DNA from: a virus
Lineage: Duplodnaviria; Caudoviricetes
Reading direction: 5' to 3' (one strand)
Length of the DNA stretch: 64,000 bases
IMG/VR virus record: IMGVR_UViG_3300028591_000106
Span: 64,001 to 128,000 of that record
The notes under the pieces were generated by a model. It was not told the DNA's origin. It saw nothing but the letters and a program-made list of their open reading frames with translations, and did no database searches. Of this stretch, positions 11,383-22,855 are shown piece by piece. The position numbers were made by a program, and so were the translations under genes. Each line of letters begins with the position of its first letter. Position 1 is the first letter of the stretch.

Positions 11383-13324
11383 TAACATTCTCCCATCTTC
11401 TCATGGTATATTCCTTCCTTCTAGCCTTTGTCCAAGTCTTAATTGGAGTGTAGAAACCTACAACTCTAGTATACTCGGTTGCAACTGGCTTACCACAAAC
11501 AGGGCAGGTCATACCATAGAAAGCATGATTATCTTCGCAAGCCTGAATTTTTGTATTAAATGCGAAATATGTAACACCCTGATCAGCGATATACTCAACC
11601 ATCTTACGAGCAGTTTCATAATTGTTGAAAGGCGCATCAATATTCGCATGAAGAATAGAACCGCCATTGCAGAATCCATCAAACATAGCCTGAACTCTGA
11701 CACGCTCTTGAAGAGTAGTTTTAATACCAAGCGGCATAAACTGATTACCATAAAGAGGAAGATCATAAATATCTGCTGTTGGATAGAAGAACTGGTCTTT
11801 CTTCATAAGTTTAGCGGCAGCGTTCTCGCCAGGGATCTGTTCGGTATTGATCTTATAATCAAACTTACCTTCTTCAAGGAAAGCATCTGCAACAGATCTC
11901 ATTGTTTCAAAAATCTTCTTACCAAAATCTGCAGCCTCTTGAGTATAGAAAGTATTACCCAGCTTATCCTGATAAGTACAGCCAAATTTCTTCATTGTCT
12001 CATAAATGCCAATGAAGCCAATGGTATTATACAAATGCTCAAAATCAATAAGTCCATAGCTAAAATTAGGAAGAAGTCCTTTTTCAACATTACGCTCAAT
12101 AATGTGACGAACAACATGAAGAGAACGAACAACACAAAGAGTTCTATTCTTAAGTTCTTCCAGATACTCTTCTTTACTATTTGTATCAAGAGCAAGTCTT
12201 GCAAGGTTAATTGTATTAACTTTAACAGAACCAACCTTCAAAGCAGTACCACCAATAGAGTTGAAATATCCAAGATCACGAATATCGCTCTTAAGGCGGC
12301 AACAATTAGACAAGCTAGAAACATTGTCATCAATGAATAGATTGGAGTCGCTCCATCTCATATTATGTTCAATAGCCCAACCTGCAAAATCTTCATCAAG
12401 GAACTTGCCATCTTTTCTGACAAGTGAAATTGTAGAAACAGGGAAGGTGAACATATTTTCTGAACGAATATCTGCCATAACTTCCATATATTTCTTCTGG
12501 AAGTCAATGATTCCCTCGATATCATCAATCATAAAAGAACCATCAGGGAACTCAGAGCCGCCAAATAGTGCTTCGAGATATTCTCTATCAAAAACAGAGG
12601 TATTAGTAAATGCAGACTGCTGCCCATCTCTTACGCATGGCTGATTGACAGCATAGATAAATCTCTGGATATTCTGGCGACCATAGACATCTTCATTACC
12701 GCTTGACTTAATTCCAAGATAGTTTTCATCGACATCCTTTTTCCAGAAATAATACATATAAGGAATAAGGTTAGGTAGACCGACTGCACCTGAAGTTCTG
12801 TTACTTGCAAAGTTAATAAACTCCTTTACAAAATCAACAAAAGTTGTCAAGTGCTTAGGCGGCTTAGCATTGAAAGAATCTTCAAGGAAATAAAGTCCTT
12901 TATTCGCCAAATCTGTTAAATCATATGCAAAACAATAAGATTTGAAAGTAGATGTATCTGCGTCGTGCATATAAATTTCGCCCATCCATTCACGACGGAG
13001 CCATTCATTTGCAGCTTTGAAGCCATATGCCTTCTACATTTCAAAATAAATCTTCTAAAAAGCCATAACTTTTCTGTGAGGTTTTGGCATTTCAGAAAGA
13101 AGGGTTACAATATCCTTGCGTCTTACATTACTATTTGAATCAATAGAACTATCTGCAACAACAGCTTCACCGATAAAATTATCCATAAATTCGCCATATG
13201 AAAGCTGTTCATCACCAGCACCATTTAATGTAGCAAGTTCTGTACCAAATTCATCTTGTAACTTGTTCCACTAAGTAGTGAAGTTTTTATTCCTTTTACC
13301 AATATTACTAACATTATACTGCAT
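11375..13324 (-). CDS. nrdD: class III anaerobic ribonucleoside-triphosphate reductase, 649 aa
   Basis: IYMHD, YCFAY, TFPV, SNCCRL, TRVVGF glycyl-radical motif, C-terminal Zn site; 3 TAG at codons 18, 90 and 97. Confidence 0.93.
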
Positions 13325-13329
13325 TTAAT

Positions 13330-13533
13330 TCACCTCTGATTAATCCATTCTACGGCGGCACGAAAATCCATAATCTTTCCATTAACTTCGAGCATTGGCG
13401 CTTCATGCCAACCTTGTGATTTCATAAAACTTACATCATCACAAACACTGTAGTTAATGCCGGCTTTCGCAAGTTTCTTTTCCAGAACCTAGCATCGAGG
13501 ACAGTGCGTAGAATAAAGAGTAATTGATTCCAT
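13330..13533 (-). CDS. glutaredoxin/NrdH-like redoxin, 67 aa
   Basis: LYSTHCPRC(TAG)VLEKKL...APMLEVNG; directly upstream of nrdD. Confidence 0.8.
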
Positions 13534-13567
13534 TAGCTTCACTCCTTTCATCTTATTTTATAATTTT

Positions 13568-13596
13568 ATTATACCACATTCTTTCTTAAAAGTCAA
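13568..13596 (-). promoter_or_regulatory. sigma70-type promoter of the nrd operon
   Basis: TTGACT-17bp-TATAAT with an extended -10 TG. Confidence 0.75.
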
Positions 13597-13614
13597 GTGA
13601 TACATTTATTAAGT

Positions 13615-13671
13615 AAAAAATGAGCGATTCGCCTCAAATGAATTGATGAACTCATTTTGACCGAATCGCTC
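13615..13671 (-). terminator. long stem-loop, likely a terminator after the RNase H gene
   Basis: GAGCGATTCG/CGAATCGCTC plus an inner stem, followed by a T run on the minus strand. Confidence 0.6.
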
Positions 13672-13679
13672 GAATAGTA

Positions 13680-14189
13680 TTAAATTGTAGCGGTAAAAGA
13701 ACCATGAATAGATACTTCTTGCTTTCCCTGAACAGCATATCTATCTGCGAGATTATTGCCGACAGTAGTAGCGTGTCCTTTTACTTTTTGAATTTTGACC
13801 ATTGGCATTTCTTTTAATAGCGCGTAAATAGCCTTGATTGCAGTAAGATTTTCAATAGGCTCATGTTTTCTACCGCGAGTCCAGCCATTAGCTTCCCACT
13901 TTTTAACCCAGTCATTAAAAATGTTTACACAATAAGCTGAATCGGAAAAAACAGTTGCATTAGAAAAAGGAGTAAAATCTTCTCTTTTCTTTAACCAAAG
14001 AAGAGCCTGATAAATTCCATATAGCTCCATTGCATTATTAGTAGTTTCAGGTTCGCCGCCATAGAATCCACAAATACGACATCCACAATCATCGTAAACA
14101 ATAGTGGACCATCCGCCGGCAACACGAACATATTCTCCATTGACCTTTTTCATTGTGGCGGCGCCATCAGTATAGATATTAAAGTTCAT
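13680..14189 (-). CDS. rnhA: ribonuclease HI
   Basis: IYTDGA, TTNNAMEL, SDSAY, KVKGH, GNNLAD. Confidence 0.92.
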   Translation of the reverse strand: MNFNIYTDGAATMKKVNGEYVRVAGGWSTIVYDDCGCRICGFYGGEPETTNNAMELYGIYQALLWLKKREDFTPFSNATVFSDSAYCVNIFNDWVKKWEANGWTRGRKHEPIENLTAIKAIYALLKEMPMVKIQKVKGHATTVGNNLADRYAVQGKQEVSIHGSFTATI

Positions 14190-14192
14190 TCT

Positions 14193-14441
14193 TTACACTC
14201 CTCTTTCTTCAAAATGTTTACAACTATCATCTGGTTTAAAACAAGGAATACCACTTGTGATTATTCCATAACCTTCACCGCCAGTAGGATAAGCATTGAG
14301 ATTTACCCAACCAGTTGAAATTTCTTGCTTCCCATAAAAATGAAAATAATCAGTTATATCTTGACGGACGGCGGCGGAACAACCTACATATTCGGAGTTC
14401 GCTGCTTTTCGAGCATACTTACAGTCTCTACATTCTTTCAT
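14193..14441 (-). CDS. Cys-containing hypothetical protein
   Basis: track ORF with its own promoter (14474-14502). Confidence 0.55.
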   Translation of the reverse strand: MKECRDCKYARKAANSEYVGCSAAVRQDITDYFHFYGKQEISTGWVNLNAYPTGGEGYGIITSGIPCFKPDDSCKHFEERGV

Positions 14442-14508
14442 TAGCCTTCTCTCCTTTCTAACTTTCTATTTATATCATATCATAAAAAATAAAAAAAGTC
14501 AAAAATTT

Positions 14509-14536
14509 AAGGGGTAGAAACTAATCTACCCCTTTT
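14509..14536 (-). terminator. intrinsic terminator
   Basis: AAGGGGTAGA/TCTACCCCTT inverted repeat. Confidence 0.65.
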
Positions 14537-14537
14537 A

Positions 14538-14933
14538 TTACTTAGTATCCCACTTCATCATTTCTTCATAGATTTCATGAACATAACTATTTCCGTTTAA
14601 TAAGGTATAAACTTCATAAAGACTACATAAGTCTTTTTTAGTATTACCCGGAAGTATTTTTCTGTCTTTATATTTTTCATAGATATAGGTTATTTCATGT
14701 CTTAATGAAGCTCTTGTGGCTTCTTGATCTTTTTCAATATCTGATTTTAAGCCAACGAGTAAAGCTTTTACTTCTTCAACTTTATCAGTAACAATTTGTT
14801 CAGTATGCTCTTTATAGCTTTTCTTAAACCATTTCATTGGTAATTTAAAGATGATGCCAATAAGAGTACCAATGACGATTATCGCACTACAAACTGAACC
14901 AATTACGGTAATAACCTAAATGGCCTTATCCAT
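14538..14933 (-). CDS. membrane protein (N-terminal TM helix, holin-neighbour-like family)
   Basis: ATG 14933; TAG at codon 6; TM helix followed by LRHEI...LYEVY..LNGNSY. Confidence 0.6.
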
Positions 14934-14937
14934 CTTC

Positions 14938-15330
14938 TCACCTCCGTTTCAGCAAGTCATTGTGAAATTGCGTGATGACACGATACTCCATTTTTGTCAA
15001 CAAGCTCTATAGAGTGAGATTGTCATAATCCCAATAAGGGACTCTAATAAGTGGTATACCTTTTGCTAAACAATAAGCATTTTTTCTTCTATCTCTTTCC
15101 TAAGCTTTTCTAAAGTCTATAATTGTTTTCTAATATCTTTTAACCCACTTAAAGTGCTGTTCTCCATCATACTCGATTAAAGCTACTAATTTACCTTTTG
15201 AATAAATAGCAAAGTCAAATCGTAATAAATGTCCGCCATAGTTTTTAAGGTCTGGAAAACTTACTTCTTTCTTATAAGTAATTCCGCCGCACTATAGAAG
15301 TTTAGCGATTTTATCCTCGCCTTTGCTCAC
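14938..15330 (-). CDS. PD-(D/E)xK Vsr/DUF559-like endonuclease, 130 aa
   Basis: SKGE..I, LRFDFAI, IEYDGEQH, D..KN.YC...GIPLIRVPYW; 4 TAG; absent from the track. Confidence 0.8.
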
Positions 15331-16277
15331 AAGTCGTCTCTCCTTTTGGGCGGCTTCGGCATTGGAGGAGGAGGCGGTGGGAAGAATGGCTTAGGAGGTT
15401 TAGGTAGCGGTTCTCCTTTATAATAAGGGGAATAAGGAACTTCTCCATCAACAACATGATAAGTTGCAATATGATATAGCTGTCTACCATGTTCATCAAT
15501 AGGAATACCATATGGATATTTTCTCTTTAATTTTGCAATAGATTCGTCAATGGTTTCTCGATTCCATTCATATAAGTCGCATTCCAGAGCCGCAGAGAAA
15601 TGAGTCGTATTAATAACATCATGATGTCTAGGCTTCATCCATTCGGTTGGTGCCTTGGCATTAATAATAATTTCTCTCCATTCCATTAAATTAAGCTAAA
15701 TGGTCTCTAAAGAATCTTTGTTAAGTTCATAAGGAACACGATAAAATGCTTCTTGGCACTTCTTTAGTTCGTAAAGAGAACTCTCTTTATCATAAACAAG
15801 CTAAATTAAAATAAAATATTTAGTATCCTTATAAACAACATTAACAAAGTTAATTCCATTGAACTTAGCCCCAAATAATTTTCCAACATTATCACTATTG
15901 TCGAAAATTACTTCGGCTGGAAAATAGTCTTTCTCATTCATTAATGGGAAACCATCAAATCCCGGAATCGTTACATAGCGCTCTGTCAATTCAAAAGCAA
16001 ATGCAGGATCGCCAAGATCATTCTGAATAAGAGTTGCAGTTTTCAAATAATCTTTCTTATACTTGCACATTTCAAAATGTTTACAAGTAAAGCACCTTGG
16101 TTTGACCTGTGTATGAGCTGGCGGAGCAGGCGGCATATATGGAGCCAACATCGGAGGGTTCTTTACAGGATGTACCTTTTCTCCAGGCCAGCCCAACCCT
16201 GGAGTATCAACACCAGGTGGTGGTGGAGGAAGAAAGTCCCAACGAGGTTCCACTTGATAATCTCTCATCGCTTTCAC
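15327..16277 (-). CDS. proline-rich hypothetical protein, about 316 aa
   Basis: track ORFs 15801-16277 and 15327-15686 fuse across 2 TAG; poly-Pro at both ends, CxxC..CxC motif. Confidence 0.65.
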
Positions 16278-16357
16278 CTCACAATAAAAAAATAAGAGGA
16301 ATAGAAAACTATCCCTCTTAATTTAATGTATTTTATTGTATAGGTTTATCTAAGGTT

Positions 16358-17494
16358 TTAATTAGCAATTTGATCGTATAGACAATCCTCGGCTCTCTTG
16401 TCATCTCTCCAAGTCTTGATAATACCGTGGCGAAGACTGAAGCCACCATCAATATGCTCGGTCATCATTCCACTAAGCTCAGCGACCTTACCCTTCCACT
16501 TCTCAGGCTCAGTAACGATACCTTCTCGAAGAGCTTCTGTAATTCCCTGCATCCATGCGATTTTAACCGGAACGCCATCTTTTAAAACGGAGAAAGATAC
16601 AGAACCTGCCCATCCATAGAAGTAATATTTTGTAACAGGTTCAACAGGAACTCCATTGATATAGTCCTTAAACTGACTTGTGGAGTACTTCTGACCAGTC
16701 TTTGTATTCTCCCAGTAAGGCCATGTCGCAAGCAGCTCAGGAGTCTTAGCTGAATGAACTCTTGTTGCGGGCGCATAATCGCCATCAAGAAAAGCGTCGA
16801 TCGTTTCTTCGAGCTCTCTCTTCATTTTAAGAGTCATCCAAGCTGTGCGCTTGCCGGGAAGATATTTGCAATCCTTACGAGTGATAACGATTCCTTCTCC
16901 GCCGGCGGCAATAACAGAGCCGAAAAGATCCCAAAGTTCAGGACCTTCAAGATACTCTGCGATTGAAGTATGTTCATTCTTAAGAACATCAAGCAGCTCA
17001 TAGTTAAGATACTTTTCAATTCTTTCCTCGAACTTAATATCAATCAGAGACTTTCCCTTATATGCAAGAACATCAAAAACATAAAAATGAAGCCATCCGT
17101 TAGTCTTCTGTCGTTCGATGCACTTGTCTTTCAGACAGCCAAGAACAGAAGTAACTTTACGGCTGCCCTCATTGTTCGGGAAGTAGATTTCTCCTACCAA
17201 AACAGTGCCATTTGGTACACAAGAAAGCTCTTCACAAATATGAGGAATCCATTCTGCCTTATCAGCAAATTCACCACTAACACCTGCATCACGACTTCTA
17301 AGATGAATTTGTCCATCCATGTCTTTAATAATCATGCTCCAGAAGCCATCCATTTTGCGGCTTCCAAGATAGTTATGAGATGTAGCAAGTTCTTTTGCTT
17401 TTGCGGTTCGATTACCTTTAAAACTTGAAGTAAAGCTATAATATTTCATAGCTTTCATATTCCAAAAATCATAGTTATCAATCAAAATCTCCAT
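16358..17494 (-). CDS. ATP-dependent DNA ligase
   Basis: SRKMDG motif I, LVGEIY, FYVFDVL, EGIVI, LKMK; no TAG. Confidence 0.85.
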   Translation of the reverse strand: MEILIDNYDFWNMKAMKYYSFTSSFKGNRTAKAKELATSHNYLGSRKMDGFWSMIIKDMDGQIHLRSRDAGVSGEFADKAEWIPHICEELSCVPNGTVLVGEIYFPNNEGSRKVTSVLGCLKDKCIERQKTNGWLHFYVFDVLAYKGKSLIDIKFEERIEKYLNYELLDVLKNEHTSIAEYLEGPELWDLFGSVIAAGGEGIVITRKDCKYLPGKRTAWMTLKMKRELEETIDAFLDGDYAPATRVHSAKTPELLATWPYWENTKTGQKYSTSQFKDYINGVPVEPVTKYYFYGWAGSVSFSVLKDGVPVKIAWMQGITEALREGIVTEPEKWKGKVAELSGMMTEHIDGGFSLRHGIIKTWRDDKRAEDCLYDQIAN

Positions 17495-17528
17495 TGTTTT
17501 CCTCCTTTATTTTTCTAATTATATTATA

Positions 17529-18278
17529 TCACAATTTTCCCATAAAGTAAAGTTTTCCGTTTTTCAAATTTTTGAGTTCCTTAATATCAATAAGAGGATT
17601 ATCATCTACAATAAAAATAGGATTGGTTTTAGATTTTGTTAAAGCCCAACGATAAAATCTAAATTTATCAAATTTTCCAGACCATTGGAAATTTTTATTT
17701 GAATTGATATGTGCGATAATTATAGCGCGAGGCGGCACATCGACATAGGCATAGTCACCAACTCTAAAGTTAATATATGGATAGTTTGTTGTATTATACT
17801 GATTCATGTGATCTAATCTGGCTTCATGATAATAATCTCTCTTTCCAAGAGGAGCCATACCTTGAGAAAATCCTCCATGACCAAAACTACCATACCATTC
17901 CATTTCTCCAATTATATATGGTTGAATAAGATTATTTTTATTGGCATAATCAATATAATCTTTAAGAGTTCTTTTCGGACCTTTTTGCTGATGCAGAATT
18001 TTATAATCATGATAACATTCATCCCATCGTTCTTTAGATAGCTCTCGCACATCTTTGAACGCATAATTCCCAATAACAGAATGGTGCAGGGCAATAAGTG
18101 TAGGAGAAATATCATATCCCCAAAGTGTTTTACATTCTATTTTGTCAAGAATATTTGCTCCGCCAACCGTTAAATCAAAACATTCGGTATTGTCTAGGCC
18201 ATCATGTTTTTTAATGTATTCATTAATTACTTCTGCGACGATCTTGCAATCATCTTGATTCGTTCCCATATAAAGCAT
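17529..18278 (-). CDS. Dam/D12-class DNA adenine methyltransferase homologue, catalytic motif degenerate
   Basis: YMG...DLTVGGANILDKI...GYDISPTLIALH N-terminus typical of phage Dam-like MTases; no DPPY; start overlaps the upstream stop (TAATG). Confidence 0.6.
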   Translation of the reverse strand: MLYMGTNQDDCKIVAEVINEYIKKHDGLDNTECFDLTVGGANILDKIECKTLWGYDISPTLIALHHSVIGNYAFKDVRELSKERWDECYHDYKILHQQKGPKRTLKDYIDYANKNNLIQPYIIGEMEWYGSFGHGGFSQGMAPLGKRDYYHEARLDHMNQYNTTNYPYINFRVGDYAYVDVPPRAIIIAHINSNKNFQWSGKFDKFRFYRWALTKSKTNPIFIVDDNPLIDIKELKNLKNGKLYFMGKL

Positions 18279-18793
18279 TAGTTTTCTTCCTCTCCAATCC
18301 AAGTCTCAACAAATAACTTAGCCTCTTGATTGAGTTCGTCAAGTCCTCGACTATTATCTATCGTAATATCATATTGATAATTTCTTACATTATCATCTGC
18401 ATGATTACCATAGGTAATTGATTCACCACGCTGTACTAAAATTGTAATAGCATTGTAGTCTTTAACAAATCGTGCTATTTCCTCTGGCTCGCGGCAATCA
18501 ATAAAAACAGCATCAATTTGTCCGATAAAGTTAAAAGCTTCAAGTGTTTCTTTAATATTCTAATACGGAACATCCTTCCATCGAGTTAAAGCATCTTTCA
18601 AATCAGAAAGAAATCTTCTGTCGTTTAATGACTTGCCGCCGTCCCAGCCGAAATGTCTAGCCATTCCCTTTACATAATCAATAGTAGATACAATCCTTAT
18701 ATCGTATCCTTCCTATTCAGCAATAGTTTCAACCATTTTTTCAAAAGTGGTTTTTCCTGAACCGCCTGTTCCATTTACAATAAAAATCTTCAT
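18278..18793 (-). CDS. deoxynucleoside monophosphate kinase-like P-loop protein, 171 aa
   Basis: VNGTGGSGKTT, GWDG.K...R.FLSDLK, IDCREPEE, NHAD; 2 TAG; absent from the track. Confidence 0.8.
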
Positions 18794-19653
18794 TCGCTAT
18801 CCTCCATAAATTCCTCATAATTATAAGTATATAAGGGATGATAAATTGTATTTTCTCCAATTATAATATTGTAGTCATTTGGAGCATGATAACGGTGCAT
18901 ATAAGGATTTAAATTTGTTTTAGTCCATTCAGCGGCTTCTTCTGAATCTACTTGATAAAGGAAGATTGCAGGACTGTCTTCTTCAATATCTTTCTTAAGA
19001 ATAAAGTCATAACACTTAAAATCTTTTTCAGTGCCTGAAAGTTTAAAAAGTATTACTTCTTTAGGGATATAACCTATTTCTACAAAATCTGTAGTATTTC
19101 CAAGAGGATACTGATAAAATTTATAAATAGGTTCTTCAGTATCTACTTGACGATAATGCTCTTTTTCTTTTTTACAATAAAAATTAAATAATTGATTGAT
19201 TTGTGATGGAGTAAATCTTTCAACTGGATTTACTATTGATAAATGCTTAGATTCTTCAGGGATGGGAGTTACATTATAAATAGGATGAAATCCCCTAATA
19301 TATATGCCTTTTTTCATTTTCTTTAATTTCTTTTTACCAATTGGAGTAGCATCGGAATAAACCTTCTTTTGGTCATTAGATTCAGGCATATATGAGAACA
19401 TTTCTGGCTTTACTGTTGTTAATGGAGACAAACTTAAAATAAGTTTATATGCAAGATAATCATATGTCTCATTTTCAATTTCAAATATAATTGGATACTT
19501 CATTTTAATAAGGTGTCCATAATTTCTTAAAAAGTTATTGATAAAATTTAAGATAGCTACATCAGTATCTTTAATAGGATCTTCCATATGAGGACCGTCA
19601 AATCTATAACGATTTATAATCTCAAGATAGTTTCTGATAAGATTTGCTGTCAT
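18790..19653 (-). CDS. hypothetical protein, 287 aa
   Basis: track ORF with GGAGG RBS and an upstream promoter. Confidence 0.7.
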   Translation of the reverse strand: MTANLIRNYLEIINRYRFDGPHMEDPIKDTDVAILNFINNFLRNYGHLIKMKYPIIFEIENETYDYLAYKLILSLSPLTTVKPEMFSYMPESNDQKKVYSDATPIGKKKLKKMKKGIYIRGFHPIYNVTPIPEESKHLSIVNPVERFTPSQINQLFNFYCKKEKEHYRQVDTEEPIYKFYQYPLGNTTDFVEIGYIPKEVILFKLSGTEKDFKCYDFILKKDIEEDSPAIFLYQVDSEEAAEWTKTNLNPYMHRYHAPNDYNIIIGENTIYHPLYTYNYEEFMEDSE

Positions 19654-19687
19654 TAAAATCCCTCCATTTTCAAAATTTTCTATTTTT

Positions 19688-19716
19688 AGTATAACATAGA
19701 AAAGTCAGAAAGTCAA
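19688..19716 (-). promoter_or_regulatory. sigma70-type promoter at the strand-switch point
   Basis: TTGACT-17bp-TATACT; the divergent arms meet at 19654-19746. Confidence 0.7.
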
Positions 19717-19746
19717 TTTTTTGATAATGAATAAGGAGTGAAAATA

Positions 19747-20001
19747 ATGAATTTTCAATATAAATTAAATAAGCATTTACTTGGTAGAAACGCGGCGTAG
19801 TTGGTTTTTGAAATCAACTCATTGCATAGCGGCGTGTCTATATATAGAAAAGATGCCACTACTTGTATTAACGCGAAGTCTCTGGTGGGAGTTCTTTCAG
19901 GTTATTACAAGATTGGAGACATTATTACAGTATATGTTGATAATGTTGAGGATTTGAGCAGAGTAAAGGAAATATTAAATGAATATGGAACTGAAGTGTG
20001 A
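19747..20001 (+). CDS. HPr/Crh-like protein lacking His15, 84 aa
   Basis: HLLGRNAA(TAG)LV aligns to GLHARPAAQLV; INAKSLVGVLS Ser46 motif; GD.ITV. Confidence 0.75.
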
Positions 20002-20022
20002 GTTCTATTAGGAGGCGAAATA

Positions 20023-20307
20023 ATGGATTATCGTATGTATTCTGGGGGAGCCCCAGCAGGCAAAAATGTAATTCCATTAATCAAGGAGTCTTTAAAAGCA
20101 CAGGGAATTAAAGTAGATGGTCCCCTTAAAATGGTTGCATTTGAAGGCTCTAGTGGAACGAAATTTAAGCTCAATTAGCATGAAGAAGAGACCGCTATCC
20201 CTTCAACAGGAAGATTTGTAACCCCTTACGCAGGAGACCGTTTTATGCCAGTTTACAATCTCATCTTCACTGAAGCATTTAGCGGCGACATTTACTACAT
20301 TATTTAA
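20023..20307 (+). CDS. hypothetical protein, 94 aa
   Basis: GGAGG RBS, one TAG, TAA stop. Confidence 0.65.
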
Positions 20308-20320
20308 GAGGTGAGATTAA

Positions 20321-22843
20321 ATGGAAGGATTCTTTAATCCGTTCGTCGGCGGAGCTGGCGGTGGCGGCGGCGGTGGAGTCGGACCACAAGGCCCCAAGGG
20401 CGATAAAGGTGATAAAGGTGATAAAGGTGATAAAGGTGATACTGGTAATGGTATTGCTTCTATCGTTCGTACAGGTAGCGAGGGCAATCTCGATTCCTAT
20501 GTAATTAATTTTACTAACGGCAGTACATTTTCTTTCACCGTAACTAATGGTTTAGATGGAGCGACTGGTGCGACAGGACCAAAAGGTGACAAGGGTGATA
20601 AGGGAGACACTGGTGAACAAGGCCCTAAAGGAGATACCGGTGAACAAGGTATCCAAGGTATCTAGGGAGAACAGGGTGTCCCAGGTGTAAATGGAAGCAA
20701 CGGTGCCGATGGTGTCGATGGTGTTTCAGTTACTGGAGCCTCTATTGATGCTCAAGGACACTTAATCTTAACTCTTAGTAGGGGCGCGGCAATTGATGCC
20801 GGTCTTGCAAAGGGTGAAGATGGTACTTCTATTACTATTTTAGGTAGCTTTAATGATTCTTCTAGTCTTCCTTCTTCAGGAAATACTAAAGGAGATTGCT
20901 ACTTAATTGATGGAGACCTTTGGGTTTATACCAATAGTTCAAAAACTGGATCTGTTAATGGATTTGAAAATGTTGGTCGTATTCAAGGTCCTGCCGGTAG
21001 AGGTATTTCTGCAGTTGCAATTAGAGATGGAAATCTCTATGTTACTTTTACTGATGACTTAGCAAATCCAGTTTACATCGGTCCAGTAAAAGGAGAAAAA
21101 GGTGACACTGGTGAGACCGGTCCACAAGGTATTCAAGGTATTCAAGGTATTCAGGGTGAGCAAGGTCCTCAAGGAGAGTAGGGTATTCAGGGTATTAAGG
21201 GTGATACTGGTGTTGGTATTACTTCAATTACAAAAACTTCTACCTCTGGATTGACTGATACTTATACTATTACCTATAGTGACAATACATCAACTACCTT
21301 TACAGTAACTAATGGTGCCAAGGGTAATGCTGGTGAGCAGGGCGAAACAGGTAATGGAATTGTTTCTATCTTGAAAACGGGAACATCTGAACTCGTTGAC
21401 ACCTATACAATTACCTATACGAATGGTGGCACAGATACTTTTACAGTAACTAATGGAGCTAATGGAGCTAATGGAGCTAATGGCGCTGATGGTGCAAAAG
21501 GCGATAAAGGTGATAAGGGTGACAAGGGTGATACTGGTAATGGTATTGCTTCTATTACTAAAACTGGAACCTCTGGACTTGTTGATACTTATACTATTAC
21601 TTATACAGATAATACTACAAAAACATTTACAGTTAAGAACGGTGTTTCTGTTACTGCTGCTTCTATTGTAAATGACGAACTTATCTTAACTCTTAGCGAA
21701 GGAAATCCAATTAATGTAGGAAAAGTAATTTTGAGAAGCACTCAAATTTCTTTTGTATTAAGTTCATCTAATTGGACTCGTCTTTAGGATGGATCTTATC
21801 AATATGTTTATAGCAATAATAATATTAAAGCAGACAGTTTTGTTGATGTCGGTCCAGCTCTTGGTATCACTTAGGACCAGCTCAATGCTTTGCTTGGTAC
21901 TAAATTAACCGTTGCTAGCCTTGCTAATGGCAGCATAACTCTTGTTGCTTACGGCGAAGCTCCAAATATTGATATTCCTATGCTTCTTGTTATTGAAGGT
22001 AGTTATCAGGAAGTTACTCCTGTTATCACTGTTGATGATACTTTAAGCAAAGTTTCTACCAATCCAATTCAAAACTAGGCAGTAGCTAATAAGTTTGAAG
22101 AGCAAGACAATAAAATTGATTCTCTTATGGAGACAAAAAGCAACAATTTACTTACTTTCAATACTGTTACTGCAGGTTCAGGTTATACAGCAATAAAGCG
22201 TTCAGATGGTTCACTTGCTATTTCTGCAGACGGTACTTAGAGAGGTAGCACTGGAACTGTTACACTTACAAGTGACACAGTTTTGCCGCCTGGAGACTAT
22301 GTATTCTCAGGTTGTAAAGGAGGCTCTTCTTCTACATACTATATGAATCTTCGTAAAAAGGGTGGCGCTGTTATTGCTGTTAGTTTTGACGATCCTACGC
22401 CTTTTACCTTGGCTGAATCTACTGAAGTTTCTTTGGAAGTTGTCGCTGTTGGTGGCGTGACTATGACAGATAGATTATTCTATCCGATGATTGTTAGCGC
22501 GCTAGTTGATAATCCAACCTTTGATCGAGAAGATGCTGCAAGCCATCCTATCGTAGTAGTAGGTCATGATAAAGTAGATGTTGTTTTTGGTCGTAAGGAT
22601 TATTATTTAGTTTAGGTTACTGTATTGAGTAGAAATACTCCTGGCTAGGTCATTAAATTCGCTTATTATTGGGTAGAAAGAAACAGTGGAGTAGATCGTG
22701 CTACAGTAATTTTTGACACTACAAGTGGACCAGAAGGGGCTCCAACATTCAGCAAATATTATGATGAAAATGGCACTCCTTGCGTTAGAATTTCAGATAC
22801 TTATAATAACAGAGATATTGTTGCAACTGTTATCGGATATTAA
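20321..22843 (+). CDS. collagen-like tail fibre protein, 840 aa
   Basis: Gly-X-Y repeats with TAG at Gln positions; repeated GNGIASI.KTGTSGLVDTYTITYT modules; one frame from 20321 to TAA 22841. Confidence 0.8.
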
Positions 22844-22855
22844 GGAGGGGAGTGA

